Shown here piece by piece: positions 35,101-46,289 of a DNA stretch of 64,000 nt (position 1 is its first letter; each line of letters begins with the position of its first letter). Location of the stretch: positions 6,642 to 70,641 of the forward strand of contig CAJFCJ010000054.1 of NCBI GenBank assembly GCA_904063045.1, read 5' to 3'. The notes beneath the pieces are model-generated. The model was not told where the DNA came from. It saw only the letters and a list, made by a program, of their open reading frames with translations, and ran no database searches. Position numbers and translations under genes: made by a program. The DNA is from Dimorphilus gyrociliatus. Taxonomy: Eukaryota; Animalia; Annelida.

Positions 35101-36572
35101 TTTGGATTCTTAGTTCTATTGATGATTTCGTAAATATTTTCCATTTCCATTATATTATCGCTCTCCTTTGCTTTCTTCATATTTTCAACTTGTGTTTCTA
35201 AATGTTTTGCTGCAAAATACTCTTTGAACAAGTTGCAATGAAATTTCAAATTAGGCTCAGAGTGAGTGTCATCAACTTTTGTAAATAGAACATTTGAATA
35301 GCATTTCGCTATTTCCTCTATTTTGTCAAACTCTTGAATTGGGCTACCATCTTCTTGTATGATGTTGTTGAAACAAAATTGAAAGAAATTCTTTTGAACA
35401 TCTTTCTCTTCAAAGTGCTGGCCATATTTGCATATTGGATCCAACATAGAATATGGAGTCTTCTTGTTAAACAGGTCCTTGTTTTCTAACCAAAGGCTCG
35501 AGATTATCATAGCAATCTTTGGAGTTTCACTCAATTGCCTTAATTTCGAGTTGAAGTCCCATAATTGTTTACTTTGCTGTTTCACCATTTTTGTGTATAA
35601 TGCTTGAATTTGTTGATCATTAAATTTTAACAGTTGAAATACACCAGCAGCATTTATTCTTAAATCATTGTTTTGTAAACTTTCCACCCAGATAATCATT
35701 CTTATTGGATATTTTTCTTGCAATAAAAGTGTTGATATCCACTGCTTTTTCAAAAAACATTCCTTACCTAAATCTATCAAGAGAGTTGTCTTTGAATTAT
35801 CATCTTTCAACAATGCCTCTACAGTATCTTCTCTGATGTAGTCAAATATTTGGCTGTTGAAATTTTGCTTTTTCACCACTGCAGATAGACTGTTGGCTTC
35901 CTCATCTATTCGACTAACATTTATAGAGAGCAGCAGTTGGTGTTTTAACTGATAAGCTGCCTCCTTGTTGTTGGACCAGTTGTAGATGATTTGTTGACTT
36001 TGAAGAGTCTTACCTGCTCCAGGACATCCCACAAATATCCATTTCTTTTCTTTTATTTTTTTTTCAAATATTTCTTGAAAAACCTCTTCTTCCTCAAGTT
36101 CAACTGTTGTTTCTTCATTTTCAACATTTTCCTTAGTCTGTGACAGTTTTAATGGAACTCTAAAACTATCTAATTTTTGTCTATTATTTTGTCTCAATGG
36201 AAGGATTGGAACATTTGAAAGTTCTTCTTTTCGCCTCATTTTGACAAGTTTTATCAAATTTTCCCAAACTTCAACTTTCTTTTCGTCGGTAAAGTTTTGA
36301 GCCAACTGTTGTGATTGTTTATTGTCCATTTCACTGAACAGTCCCGTCAGGGAGAATTCATTGTTGAAAATATCATTAATAGTTGCATCTATTATTTTTG
36401 CTTTGTCATTGCTTTCTTCATAGCTTTGCTTATTGTCTTGACCTTGTTCACAGTTGTAGATGCCTTCCTGTACAAGAAAGTCGGTAGCGAAAAAAAAATT
36501 GTTTTTATTATCAAGTAATTTTTGCAACTTTGTTTCATGTTTGGTCAATAGTAGTCTTCTAACAGCATCCAT
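29112..36572 (-). CDS. Intronless 2486-aa NLR-like protein: CARD-like, NACHT-like NTPase, RI-like LRRs with E/K insert, second NACHT-like NTPase, LRRs
   Basis: Single open frame. N-terminus TDFLVQEGIY...NDKAKIID is CARD-like. P-loops FVGCPGAGKT (~36006-36035) and IIGSAQIGKTT (~30762-30794); LLILIDDDEE Walker-B; many LxxLxLxxC/N repeats. Confidence 0.88.
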   Translation of the reverse strand: MDAVRRLLLTKHETKLQKLLDNKNNFFFATDFLVQEGIYNCEQGQDNKQSYEESNDKAKIIDATINDIFNNEFSLTGLFSEMDNKQSQQLAQNFTDEKKVEVWENLIKLVKMRRKEELSNVPILPLRQNNRQKLDSFRVPLKLSQTKENVENEETTVELEEEEVFQEIFEKKIKEKKWIFVGCPGAGKTLQSQQIIYNWSNNKEAAYQLKHQLLLSINVSRIDEEANSLSAVVKKQNFNSQIFDYIREDTVEALLKDDNSKTTLLIDLGKECFLKKQWISTLLLQEKYPIRMIIWVESLQNNDLRINAAGVFQLLKFNDQQIQALYTKMVKQQSKQLWDFNSKLRQLSETPKIAMIISSLWLENKDLFNKKTPYSMLDPICKYGQHFEEKDVQKNFFQFCFNNIIQEDGSPIQEFDKIEEIAKCYSNVLFTKVDDTHSEPNLKFHCNLFKEYFAAKHLETQVENMKKAKESDNIMEMENIYEIINRTKNPKIYNIIAFLADYCEKTYNKMILEPCFKDKVLKDKDLQELIIGNDSHQTVRVKKETLNEYTIGIIFKRFQEEIEELELSECTFRDDSDKICFFERISNCKKLKCLIFEEEEIRLNDLEMNFDKLLKSVLNMKKLKKLILKSTTTPINTREYDIEATASDPFYEDKDSATLRITLSNLDKKYGLGLVISIKENEIVGVEYFSIGMNDEITTGFVEMITNIHTLESITLNNKILKSEFCKQFFHQLESLENLKNTFIINCQLDEIDEDFFKQCSKHFCNYYSMFHEQKSNDSIQDDLPSNYRAFLNTNQSLLPSNRNKSNTNNKALNEISIVIEDESPRILLNSDVQNEMFQIIPLKDEKHNKFIEEAIRSDFIMFAEIPFFYGASTEEKKKFFLNFSQFSNEKKKTMNLNKEDKEENEKVDNCRLFMSYVMKSNAIQRVSMTNFNIFGFLEEFEKFMNISFQKLKYFHLENIEIDNRISSIFSSCLFSLKGLQSIKLKDVKFIDKAMLIFWQGLNSMKSGIKEFSVENCYLDKESCFLLSQIIKNFKQLEYLHLSQIICLDSEFNHIFKKVNKKLKSVNLSKCNLNRVYQYENLIILLKNLKNLSQIDISHNTQFYGMFREVIESLENSSSKLKSINLSRCKLNENSLKVVSKFLKKCSQLENLDLSGNVINEEVCSDLFTALSTNKIMKILKINDCKLKIGKSNKLKEFLAECKCLEIFWIHNNVEIREERMAEIFEALSQSSSKSTILKLNFSNCNLSQKSLKAFWDLFKSLPNAQSINLSRNENIGKHLNIFYSSVQSNQSNLLYLDISSCKIRDLNTVDDENTKEYLLQDLTATNFYHLEGGLFSTKFQNKDLNYFRSILLEKMSVQTLEQNLVSRKYQCNDVIKLKESLLKDIKSEQPDDFNNLSHFKKCILNESLFKDEAVREFRNLLFQDLRNWALKNLHNFFMAFRRLKYLNLSNNEPPMLEIIPAIIKSCAPFLHFLILRSCKLSYREHGQNLSHLLIYCRSLRYLDMSSNENLLEISNDDDQENDIQIISKLKLASPTLQSLKFNLCNFNEQNGKELAELLKVCPNLSEIDIGGNPAITNSLGEIFDSLRKSSNLKVFNINKCPITKHCLDSLSKLFDHCHYLEEIYITFGERQDNSRPTARTTKDKEREKGEEDIEKEMEKEFMEKEIEKEKKEKEKEDTEKELEKEEKEDMEKEIEKEKKEKEKEDTEKELEKEEKEDMEKEREKKEKENKNKNKNKKRLLSDIFKHLKNSSLTLRVFHLSGSIIKEDIDNIVNFLVKCRNLSNVTLEINEESRLLILKKITDIISSNSVYHSKFFPWLNKAKSNMSNIVKKARLNNDNGQNPSLTRIWQNFVNLTANCHKNYLDGVKFLPNIDLKTVAQPEYTKFFNQLYMPLLLKQIKPFQKTTSNLADVMFLESISNSAVNNFIIGSAQIGKTTLFNRILYLWSKEEKLQNLLVLRLMLSEIKSPISLVDCLFDSNYKHLRNGINRIKENLNMLLEYYPKKLLILIDDDEEHSNYPDSNLSRILREEMAWKIRKLIFIRNLRQPSIPIDYIFTIKGINPKHNMNSLKDIYCSYSGSNTFSAIKYNYSMLMTSLKGFKEFCTHPLCFLLVFLTLSEKYNQHDPALQNAIQQFIKILNEKKRSHFQWENNNNNTNDVLVQYYTNLTSMKLDSLLSTGIIRYNPQAIFPLIHGWNKLFILPAIENYYLRKFFVSRSLDPSGVPLFKALSEGKFLGSTLSLNIRNAGDMSLFLYLCKKSVHQFNKIVIKYKGDKRIFLALQKRHKQDIKVLAIVNLCASEVFCPAKNNSTVFGHLKNVIEKSLLQFPSNSNLLLKEMVMNFTYMDLNSYNLKSFFTDTTSTFIYCTEILLSDASLNEITCKHLQTFLSMQFSLKVFDISFNRIGNECLQRFFQSLSPSAPILECIFIQSIAIDNNIVKAFIDFLNQLQNLLKVDISNNDLTKEYKQQMINFAIEKKRKGGRKVSLDL
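31360..31650 (-). repeat. Purine-rich coding low-complexity tract with a duplicated 84-bp unit (MEKEIEKEKKEKEKEDTEKELEKEEKED x2)
   Basis: GAGAAG-rich on the coding strand; also present in copy 2 at ~61740-62030. Confidence 0.9.
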
Positions 36573-36894
36573 GGTTTTTTTTCTCTGCTAGCTTTTTGCT
36601 TTCTCTTTTCCCTGTGAAAACATGTGAAAGAAAAAGCTATGAATGGCCTAAATAAAAAAAGCCAACCATTGACAACAAATTGTGTTTATTTGCTAAGTGA
36701 AAAGAAGCGCCTATGTGCTTTCAGTCTTATCCAAGTTGTCTAGATTAAATAGAAAAACGAAAGTAGAAAATAGCTACTTATATTTTCATTCTTATATTGA
36801 CTTTTAAGATTAGGCTTGGGTTTGTAAAGGGTTTGTTTGTAAAGAGTAATTTTCTCAATAACTCATCAAAGTACTCAAACAAATGGAATCTTTA

Positions 36895-37065
36895 AAACTA
36901 ACATTGCAATAACTATCTTGTTCTTTTGTTTCACTCTGTCTTTTAACTAGTTTATTGAACTATTATTATAGGCGTAGGTATAGCAACCATTTGAAAACTG
37001 TAATATGACACAACTAACTGTAATGTGTAATGATTGCAAAAATTGCGAAAATCAAGACATTTATT
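36895..37065 (-). repeat. Dispersed repeat family C (copies at 50995-51170 and 56073-56210, plus strand)
   Basis: Shared core AATCGTTACACATTACAGTTAGTTGT...GCTATAGCTAC...AATAAT. Confidence 0.7.
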
Positions 37066-38277
37066 ACGTTCTAAACGTAGTTTTGAGTGACTTTGTCTGG
37101 TAGATGCGAATACACAATATTTGTAAATCCATCTAAAATTTATTGACAGCAGCTAAAAATGGCCATTTTTAACAATTGTTCTGAAACAGCACTAAAAAGA
37201 ATTTACAATATAGGTGGAGTGATGCAATTTTTCTCATCTTCTTCACTTGAACTTTAGAGGGCAGACTAAAATTTCAAATAAGTTTAGTATGTCAGATTCT
37301 TTTATAAGATGTAACAATTTTTGTAATATTCATTTCAAACATTGAATATGGTGAAGTTGGAACTGGTCCAAAAGTTAAAAATAGAAATTTTTTACCTTTC
37401 AATATTTTTAACAGGTTGATAGTTCCATAATTAATACTAAATTCATCATGTTTTGTTGTAAGAATTGTTTGTGTACAATTATAAATGTAAATATAAAGTA
37501 GTGAGTATGCTAAAATTCATCTTTGTCCGGATTATGGACTGCAGTACCATCTTTATATTCAAGCGGTATCCATTCTAGGATTGTGTGTTTGTGTAGGTAT
37601 GTTCTTTTCAGTTCTAATTGTAACAGTGGAAACCAGTTTTCCCATTCCTTAAAATAGTATGATGTATCAAGTAAGCAGAATGCTGTTCATTCATTTGGAA
37701 ACCACTCGTTCAAACTAGTATTCAATGGAATCAATATTTTTACCAAAAGGGCGTTTTTTAAACAATTGAAATGGACTGTTTATAAAAGGTTTTTCATATG
37801 AATTCTGTTTGAAAAGATAGTCTTTTGGAGACATTCTCATTTCAACTTACGAAACTTATGATGAAGGCAACTTTTCTAATTTTAAACGTTTGCTTCATTT
37901 TACTTTCTAAGGTAGATTGAATATTATCATATATTAGTAAAAAAAAACAGCCTAAAACCTCAATATTTAACATGATATTTCTAAAAAAATTTCCTATATT
38001 TCAGCCTAATCGTTTAAACGGAAATTTTAGCAAAAAAACTGATAATTCCACAAAGTGCATCTTGAAAAGTTTTCAAACAATCCAAAGGACGATAACGAAA
38101 AATGTTGACGATTTATTTGGTGAGATTCTCTCTTTATAAATAGTTCGAGTAAAAAATACTTTTTTTAAAAATCTAGGAATGTTAATAAATCACCAAGCTT
38201 CTCCAACAAGTAATTCTTTTCAATATATTCAATCAAAACGAAAACTTAATTATTAATATACTCTTCATAATTTAGAA

Positions 38278-41200
38278 ATGGTATATTGTTACAAACAGCA
38301 GACGATAAATCAAGATTTCAGCAATTTTAACACTAAATTCGTTATCTCTGCAAACAATAGAAATATTCGAGGATTGTATGAATGTACAATAATTTTAAAT
38401 ATTGATAGAACTTTGAATTCAGTTTGTTGTTTTATAGTTTAATTCACTTTTATGAGATAAAGACTCTCTCTCTCTCTCTCTCTCTTTCAATTTAGATCAT
38501 AGAATTACAATTTGAAAATATGAATTTTCAAAATACATCAACATGTAGCAGCGATAGATTGACATTTACGGACGATAGTAATTCCATTACATTCTGTCAA
38601 TATAGATTACTGAATGGTAAGTTTCTTAAAAAGTAGCGATACCATCTCATTTATCCGTTTAAAAAATAGATATGGACGATAATCAGAGGTCAATAACAAC
38701 AAATTTATTCTATATTGAGAAACCAATGCTGAATCAAAATTATCAAATAAAGCCAAAAGGGTCATTGGTTATTCGATACATCACTGACGGAGAATCTACT
38801 CAGTCGGAATTCTCTCTAATAGCTAACTTCAAAAATCCAACATTTCAGTGTGAAAAGCCAACTGAAAGTTCGGATAAAATTCAGAGAATAGAATGCAAGG
38901 ATCACTCAAGAGATACATTCAATTTTGACTGTTCCGGTAGAGTACTTTTTATATCGACTAATAATACATACGCTTCCGGAGAAGACTGTACAGTAATTGT
39001 AAATACTTTATGCGGACAAATTGGGGTAAACAACATTTTAAATTGGTTTATAAATAAATGAATTTAAAGTTTTTCCATTTGTTAATTTAGACATTTTTCT
39101 TTGAGTTTGAATCTTTCGATGTAGAAAAGCAGAATCTTTGCGAATATGATAAATTATATATTGCAAGCGAAAATGTAAATCGCACTTTCTGTGGAAGAGG
39201 CGGAAGAGGTAAAAACTTTCATATTCTTAAGACTATTGATATGAGCTAATGTATTGCCAGGGGATATTTCTGTTAGAGAAGATGATCGAATAATCCATCG
39301 CTCAGTTCAGCTCCATAAAGCTTATTCAATAAAAACTGTCAAGTCTGTTACTGTAAACTTTGTTACTGATGCAAGTGTTGTAAAGAGAGGATTTGTTATG
39401 AAAGCATGGTTTGATTGCGATAAGACAGAAGAGGACGAAATAGTAACTACCACTCCTAGAATGCCAAACACTACATCAGCAAATCGGGAAGATTCTCAAC
39501 TACTGTATTGTCAGAATGGATCAAAAGAGACTATCACATTGGGTTGCAATAATAGAAATTATACATTATCATCGAATGGTTCTTACAGATCATACGAGTC
39601 TTGTAACTATCATTTCATACTTGAAAATGGTTTAAAAGGGGTTAGTAGGTCAAAAGTTTATTATTAATAAAATCATTTTCACATTATCATTTAGAGATTA
39701 TCATTGGAATTTAAATCATTTCAAGTCGAACGTAGCATTGATTGTCTTTATGATTACATTGGTTTTAGACAAGACAATAAGGAAATCCGTGTTTGTGGTT
39801 ATGGGCAAAATGGTTAAGAAATTTCACATATAAAACAGTAGATTAAAATAATTATCTTTCTTCATTTTACAATTAATCAACAGATTCTTACAATAACCAA
39901 ACAAGATTGTCCTCACCAGCAATACGTAACGGAGTGTATCTCAATACGAAGTACTATTTAGATATTGATGAATCACTAGATATATACTTTCGAAGTGATG
40001 GAAATTATGAATTCAGTGGCTTTGAAATTGGAATGAATTTTGATTGTAGTTATGAAATAAACTCAACTTTAAGACCGGAAATAAAATCCAGTATAATGAA
40101 GACATGTTACAATTGAATATTTCTGTACATTTTAAATATTTTACAGAGAAGGTAACCTGTCATACTGAAAATTCAACTTACCTGAATGTTGAGAACGGAT
40201 TCGATGAATATATAATTACATCACCCAATAATCCATCATACTATAAATCCTATGATTATAGTTGTTCAATTTATTTTTATAATTCTTTTTGTCAACATTC
40301 AAGCAGATCCAATTCAAAAAATTGGTGTACAGTCTACATTATATTTGACGAGTTAATCTTTAAAAACACGAAATGTGCCTCTAATAGATTAATCATTTCA
40401 AATAGATTTTCAAAAGTTACATATTGTTCTGCAGGTGTTTTTTTATTTTTACAAATTAGTAATCTATGCCAAAAAGTAATTGTATAATTATTCAATCAGA
40501 CAATTCAAGTACAAATAATTCTTTGGGCGATATAAAACTGTTTGAAAATGAGGATATTATGATAAATAAGATATACGAAATTAAATATTCCTACTCTATC
40601 AATATCGATATTTTTCTAACATCTTTTCCGTTTGCTAAACGTTTTAAATTACGAATTTTGAGAAATCTTGATAATATACCTGGATTTGGAAATATAGCTA
40701 AAGCTATTGGAGAAAGAACAACCATCTCTCCTTGGATTGGGACAAACGAAACAACAATGAATTATACGTTGGAAAAAACTGAATCAACCCAAAACAATGA
40801 CAGTAATGTTGTTTTATATAAATCTATAATGATGTAATTGAATTATCTTCTATTTAAAAAGCTGTAGTAGAGTGCAATGGAATAATCTACTTGAATAGAT
40901 CAGACATATGTAACAAGACAATATCGATTGTCCCAATAATGAATTTTACATCCAATCGTCGAAATTACTACAGTTGTGACGTTAGGTTTTATACACGACA
41001 GACAACTCCACAAGTACATTACTTAGCTAGTCTAAAAGTTTATAAATCTACTAAAATACTATCATCTCTTTTGAACAGGAAGCTTTTATAGAATTTACTG
41101 AACTTCCGGTTAATTTAGCTAATAGTCAAACTCCTACTATTACACTTAATGACAACTTGAATAGAATAACTTATTATAAAATTGGTAAATATGTTATTTA

Positions 41201-41408
41201 AATTTAATTATAAATATTTTATGGTGAAAATTTCTGGTAAAAGGTACTCAACGGAATTCTCTTTCTCGTATCTCTATGAATGAAAATATCATATATAAGA
41301 ACATGAGATATAAACTGAACTTTAGGAAATGGTTCGGTTTGAACTACGGAATCTATGGCAAAATGAATGAACAACATTTTCGACTCGAAGTTAAATACAG
41401 ATGCTAAA
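38278..41408 (+). CDS. Multi-exon multi-CUB-domain protein (cubilin/tolloid-like repeats); ends uncertain
   Basis: LEFESFDVEKQNLCEYDKL..FCG, FVTDASVVKRGF, LEFKSFQVERSIDCLYDY..VCG, FRSDGNYEFSGF, IITSPNNPSYY..C; short GT-AG introns. Confidence 0.8.
38464..38486. repeat. (CT)n microsatellite
   Basis: About 11 CT units. Confidence 0.8.
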
Positions 41409-42371
41409 AATTTAATCCAATTATGCACAATTAGTTTTTTAATAACATAGATTATTTTGAATAAATGATTAACATTCAAGAAGCAATTGGCTCTCTCTCT
41501 TTAGTTCATCTAAAAGGGTTAGATAAATGAATTGGTGTTGAGAATTGATGGTAAAATATAGAATATCTCATTCTTGGCTTTAATGAAATGAGAATTTCAA
41601 ATTTATTCCTCAAATTTGAATTGTGGACCATCGGGATCCTTAATGTTATCCTAAAGTCTTTTCACTATGATTTTTCCATGTCCTGAAGTCGTCAGGGTCA
41701 CTCAGTGAGAATCTAGCCTTGTTGGTGAAAATTACTTTAGATCAGTTGTTATTGTTTGAATTTCCTAAAGAATATGATGAAATTTAGAGGTTAGATGAAA
41801 TGTTTGTTAATTTACCCTTAATACTTGTTTATATGCTTTCTTCTTTTATCTGTCGAATCTCAACTAGACAGTTCACACAAATGACTACCTATACCCTGGT
41901 GTGCTTTATTCTATAAAGATAAGTAGTATCTTTCGCTGTGCTGATTGAACTGATAGACATGTTGGATTTGTCCTAAAAAAAATTTTTGTTTTTGTGAACA
42001 TTGACATCCATGAACTATTAACCTTTTAAAATATATATATTTTTATAATTGATTTTATATATTGATGGATAAGGAGATAATTATTTTTGAATTTGAAAGA
42101 ACAATGCTAATACATTACAATATTACTCCAAAAAAGGCAAATAAGAGACTGGAAAATTGAATTTAGCATGACATTCAAAAGTGTCATTCAATTTAAAAAA
42201 AGTTTTAGAGTCTTAATAAAACGATTAGAGTATTTTTTTAAGAATTGGAAAATTTTTCTAATGAAAAACCCTCTCTACAAGAAAAAAGAAAAGAATTCAT
42301 CTCTATCTGATACATATTAAATAGTAAAAAACAAAAAAAAACTCTTTTTGTCAAAGATCTTTTATTTTTAT

Positions 42372-42882
42372 TTAAATTTGTCTTTGAATTTCTTTTACAA
42401 TTATAACACCTGTAGATTTATGTCTACTTTCCCATTCGTTATTTATTTGACAAAGTGTACAGCATGGGCAAAAGTGAGCTGTACAGCAATCGCCACATAA
42501 ACTTCCAGGAATATTGTATTTTCCTCGAATGTAGGATCTCATAGCTGATATTGTTGGTGGAAGAGAGGAAATACAACATAATGCACCCTCATTGATTTTA
42601 CATGTAACATATATTGAAAAACATGGACAGCAGAATGCTCCAGCCAAGCCTAATTGAAAATATAAAAAAAAAGTCTATTATTTTTCATAGTAAGTTTTAA
42701 ATGTCAAAAATGTTTACATCCAGGAACATTATCGAAACAACTGCATAAACCATTAATCCAACTTTCTTGAACAATATAGTCTCTATTTCCTGTCTGTAAA
42801 ATGTAATAAAATTTTTAAAAATTTAATTTTTAATATTATTTATGCATTTAAAGAAAAAAAATTTAAAGTAATTTACTTCCAT
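42372..42882 (-). CDS. PLAC8/cornifelin-family Cys-rich protein, 3 exons
   Basis: ATG GAA|GT at 42882-42875; exon WINGLCSCFDNVPG; exon CLAGAFCCPC...RSYIRGKYNIPGSLCGDCCTAHFCPCCTLCQ. Confidence 0.93.
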
Positions 42883-43519
42883 TGTCCAATAAATTTAGTT
42901 TTGAGAGACTGTTTTCCTTTTTCAACTTTAAAAATAACTGAAAATGGAAAGTAGAAAATAGGATCAGGCTTATCTTAAATCTATATCTTTTAGATAATAA
43001 AGTTTATCTTGAAATTTTCTCCTTGAAATCTACCTTTACAATCAGTAGAAGAGTTTTATTTAGTGAGAACCAAATACATTTTTAAGAAGAGCTAGTAACT
43101 CCTCCAATTACATTACAATAAAAGTACAGATAGATAAGCATCAATATTATTGATTGTAAAATTTATCTTTAATTCTATTCTTTCAATCAGTTAAGGTATT
43201 TATCTATTGATATAATTATTTCGATAGTATTCATTATCTCCAAGTGTAGATTTTCCATTTATGGGATGGTTTTACTGCATGTTAAAACAATTGGAAAATG
43301 TTACCTCTGAACAGAAAATATATTGTCCATTTTTGCTTTTGAAATGCATTTAACATATCTTGTTTCAGTTTTAGAGTTAGTTTTATATCTTTTACAATTT
43401 GACAGAAAAAGGATACAAGCACCATCTAGTGTCTTATTGTAAATTCCTCTTGCTCTTTCAAATAATCTTTGATTGCAATTTAAAGATTTAGTTTTGCTAA
43501 ATGTTTTTTAAAAAAGATT

Positions 43520-44420
43520 ATATCTTAAAATGCAGGTGTGAAACATTATGATTGCAAGAATAACTAATGAATCCAGAGCCAGAAGTGACTAGTAAAAGTT
43601 ATTGACTATCAGATAAAAACACAAAAAAATATTATAAAATGGTCAAAGTTTAAAAAAGGTTTATAAAACTTCCAGTTTTTAAAATAATTTTTAATCTTCT
43701 ATATCTGGCTTCTTTACTTAAAATATAATTATTTTTAGAGATGAGCGATAATGTAAAAATACAGAAAATAAGTATTTTTAAACTATTGACAAATGTTAAT
43801 AATGAAAAAGAGAAAAATTGAATAGAACCATCCATCTTTTCTGTGATTTCCTAAATGAATATAAAAAACAGAATGACAATCCTGAGTAGTAATTCTTAAT
43901 ATAAAAATAATATAGACCTATATTTTAATAATGGAGTCAAAAAATATGAGATAAATAAAGTCTACAAAGTGTAAAAATGGCTAAATAGAAAGTATTAATG
44001 ATAAAAAGATTGAAATTGATGTTAAAATTGCAACTTGAATTTTGGAAAGATTTTGAAATTTTAAACCTTAATTCAATACTTTTTTTTCCTACGCCAGAAG
44101 AAGTAGGCTAAAATTTGATAAAACAATTGAAAATGTTGTTGAAATATCAGAAAAATGGCACAAATTTCTATTCCTCCATTCAAAATCATTTTCAATATAG
44201 ATATTTAAAAACCTGATATCTTGAATGGAAATGATTGAGAAATAGATTGAAAATAATAGATTTGTTAATGTTAGCGTCATGTTAAACAATTAAGATGGTC
44301 TAGTGAAATTTCTTAAAATTGTTATTAAACACAAGACATTCAGCAGAAAGGAAGAGAATGAAAATGTATATATAGAAACTGGTAGCCAAAAATCTCCTTT
44401 ATTTAAAGAAATAAAAAGTT
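43520..44420 (-). pseudogene. GRL101/RXFP-like GPCR 7TM pseudogene
   Basis: FWLPVSIY..LLNVLCLI (TM1), NLLFSIYFSII..D...YIENDFEWRNRNLC..S..FS..LS (TM2-ECL1-TM3 signature); several in-frame stops, e.g. 44290-44292. Confidence 0.75.
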
Positions 44421-44799
44421 GATAGTAGTGTTGTACAAATTTGGTTATATTTAACATGCTTGAACTCTATTATTTTATGCAACATATACATGTACATCTT
44501 AAAACCTAGGCAAGAAAATGCTATAACATTGGCCGAACATAAGTCTGATTAGTCAGCTTGAAGGCTCATCTTTAATTACCAATAAAGGTTTGGCCAAGTT
44601 ATAATTTAATTAACTTGCCTAGGGTGTGGCCAAGTTATAATTCAATTAACCTTCCTAAATGTTCAACCTTTTAACATCCTCTTACTAAACATAAATATGA
44701 ACTACACATTTCAGCAACTGTAAAGTGATGATTGGATGTCAGAGGCAAACCTCAAAGTATATAAATCATTACTATTCTCATTCTGCATGCAGCTTCCAT

Positions 44800-45045
44800 C
44801 TGGACCCAAGGACCTGGGAAGATAAGCTGGAAACAACCTCCACTGGAACCATGCATCTACTCCTCAACATTGGAAGACAGTTTGGTAATTTGTCAACCTG
44901 CTATTACAAACTATCTACTCTGCTATTGAACTCTCATATTGTTACTTGCTTAAGTATTATTATTGCAAATAAACCATTTTAATTTTAAACACTTGTTTAA
45001 AAGGTTCGAGTAGAACCAGTATTGTTATAACTTGCAAGAGCAGTA
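44800..45045 (+). repeat. Dispersed repeat family D (pieces at ~280-400 reverse, 2680-2790, 15050-15090)
   Basis: Shared CTGGAAACAACC...CAACATTGGA...GTTTGGTAATTTG and GAGTAGAACCAGT..TGTTATAACTTGCAA segments. Confidence 0.5.
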
Positions 45046-45059
45046 CAGTGTCACCTTTT

Positions 45060-45450
45060 AAAGGAACAGATTATATTAAATCACCACATGACATAGATTC
45101 ATCTCTCTTTGTTTTACAAAATATCATTTTCAGTTTTTCAACAGAATGCCAGTATTTCTCAGATAAGATATGTGAAAATCACTCTTGACCAGTCCAGATT
45201 TTCAGCAATTGTTTTGAGGCAGTATTCTTTTCTTCTTGCTCAATCCTTAGGTGTAAGATTAACTCTTTGTCTTATCCTTTTATATTTATAATTTTGAATT
45301 CAAATAAGCCAAATGGTGTAATGAAAGCAGGTTTCTCCTTATTTTCCTCCTTATTGGGAACATTTGTGAAATGCACTTGTTAGATCCAATATTGAAAAGT
45401 GTCTATGACCTCCTCCAAGTTTGTCAAATAGATCTTCCTGATATGGGATT
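45060..45450 (-). mobile_element. Heavily deleted Ty3/gypsy pol relic (RT motif plus possible integrase fragment)
   Basis: EENKEKPAFITPFGLFEF (cf. RT KTAFxTPFGLYEF); further on GQE*..ILSEKYW. Confidence 0.5.
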
Positions 45451-45849
45451 GTGTAGCAATTTCCCTTTGATTGCTAGCTGAGTTTCTTATAATCAACACA
45501 CATTCTTAATGCTCCTTCTTTCTTTCATGATACCTTCATGGCTCTTGATCATTTCTTTTAATTCTTCTCTGCTCTCGTTGATATTATTTTTGGACACATG
45601 TAAATAATTGTCAGTTTCTAATGTATTTAAATTAATAATGTTTACATTTTGATTAGGCAAACATTCAAACTCAATGCTTTCCTGATGTAATTGTTCTAAC
45701 TCGGGAAAAGTTGGAATTATCTCTGGTTTCTTTTCAATTTTGATGGTTATTCCATCTTCCAATTCAATGTATTGTAGCTTTATTTCAATTGTTGAATTCA
45801 ATTTTTCAGGTGTGATTTCAGTCTCTTCTTGAGAGGAATTTATAAGAAT

Positions 45850-46140
45850 TGTGCACTTTGGTATAATGATATATTAATATTCAGACTTTAGATATAAAGG
45901 TACATTAGAAAGACTTTCTATTTCATAGCAATTAGAATGGTGGAAGTTGTGTTCGATATAACAGTCTTTCATATTTTTGTTACATGAGAATTATGAGACC
46001 ATCAGATTGCAACTTTGTAATCTTTTAACCAATTGAACCCAAGCTTTGGCCAATGTACCAGCTTGTCAGTTCAGTTTTTTAACTGTAACTGGTTGTTTAA
46101 AGGAGCAGAAATTCCTACAATTACAATACAACAAAGTACA
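45850..46140 (+). mobile_element. Internally deleted LTR family B copy
   Basis: TGTGCACT...AAAGTACA, colinear with 20460-21128. Confidence 0.6.
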
Positions 46141-46289
46141 GGTATAGCGGAAATTATGTTTGTTTCAATTAATTCTTTATGGGTATACTATTATTGTTAT
46201 ATTTAAATATACTTTGTGAATAAAATTGTAATTATTTTATCACATTATTAGTTGTTTCTTATAGATTCAGATATACAAAACTAGGTCAT

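Noticed and set aside
37100-37850. Degenerate gene on the minus strand upstream of the NLR
   Set aside because: Many stops in all frames and no convincing motif.
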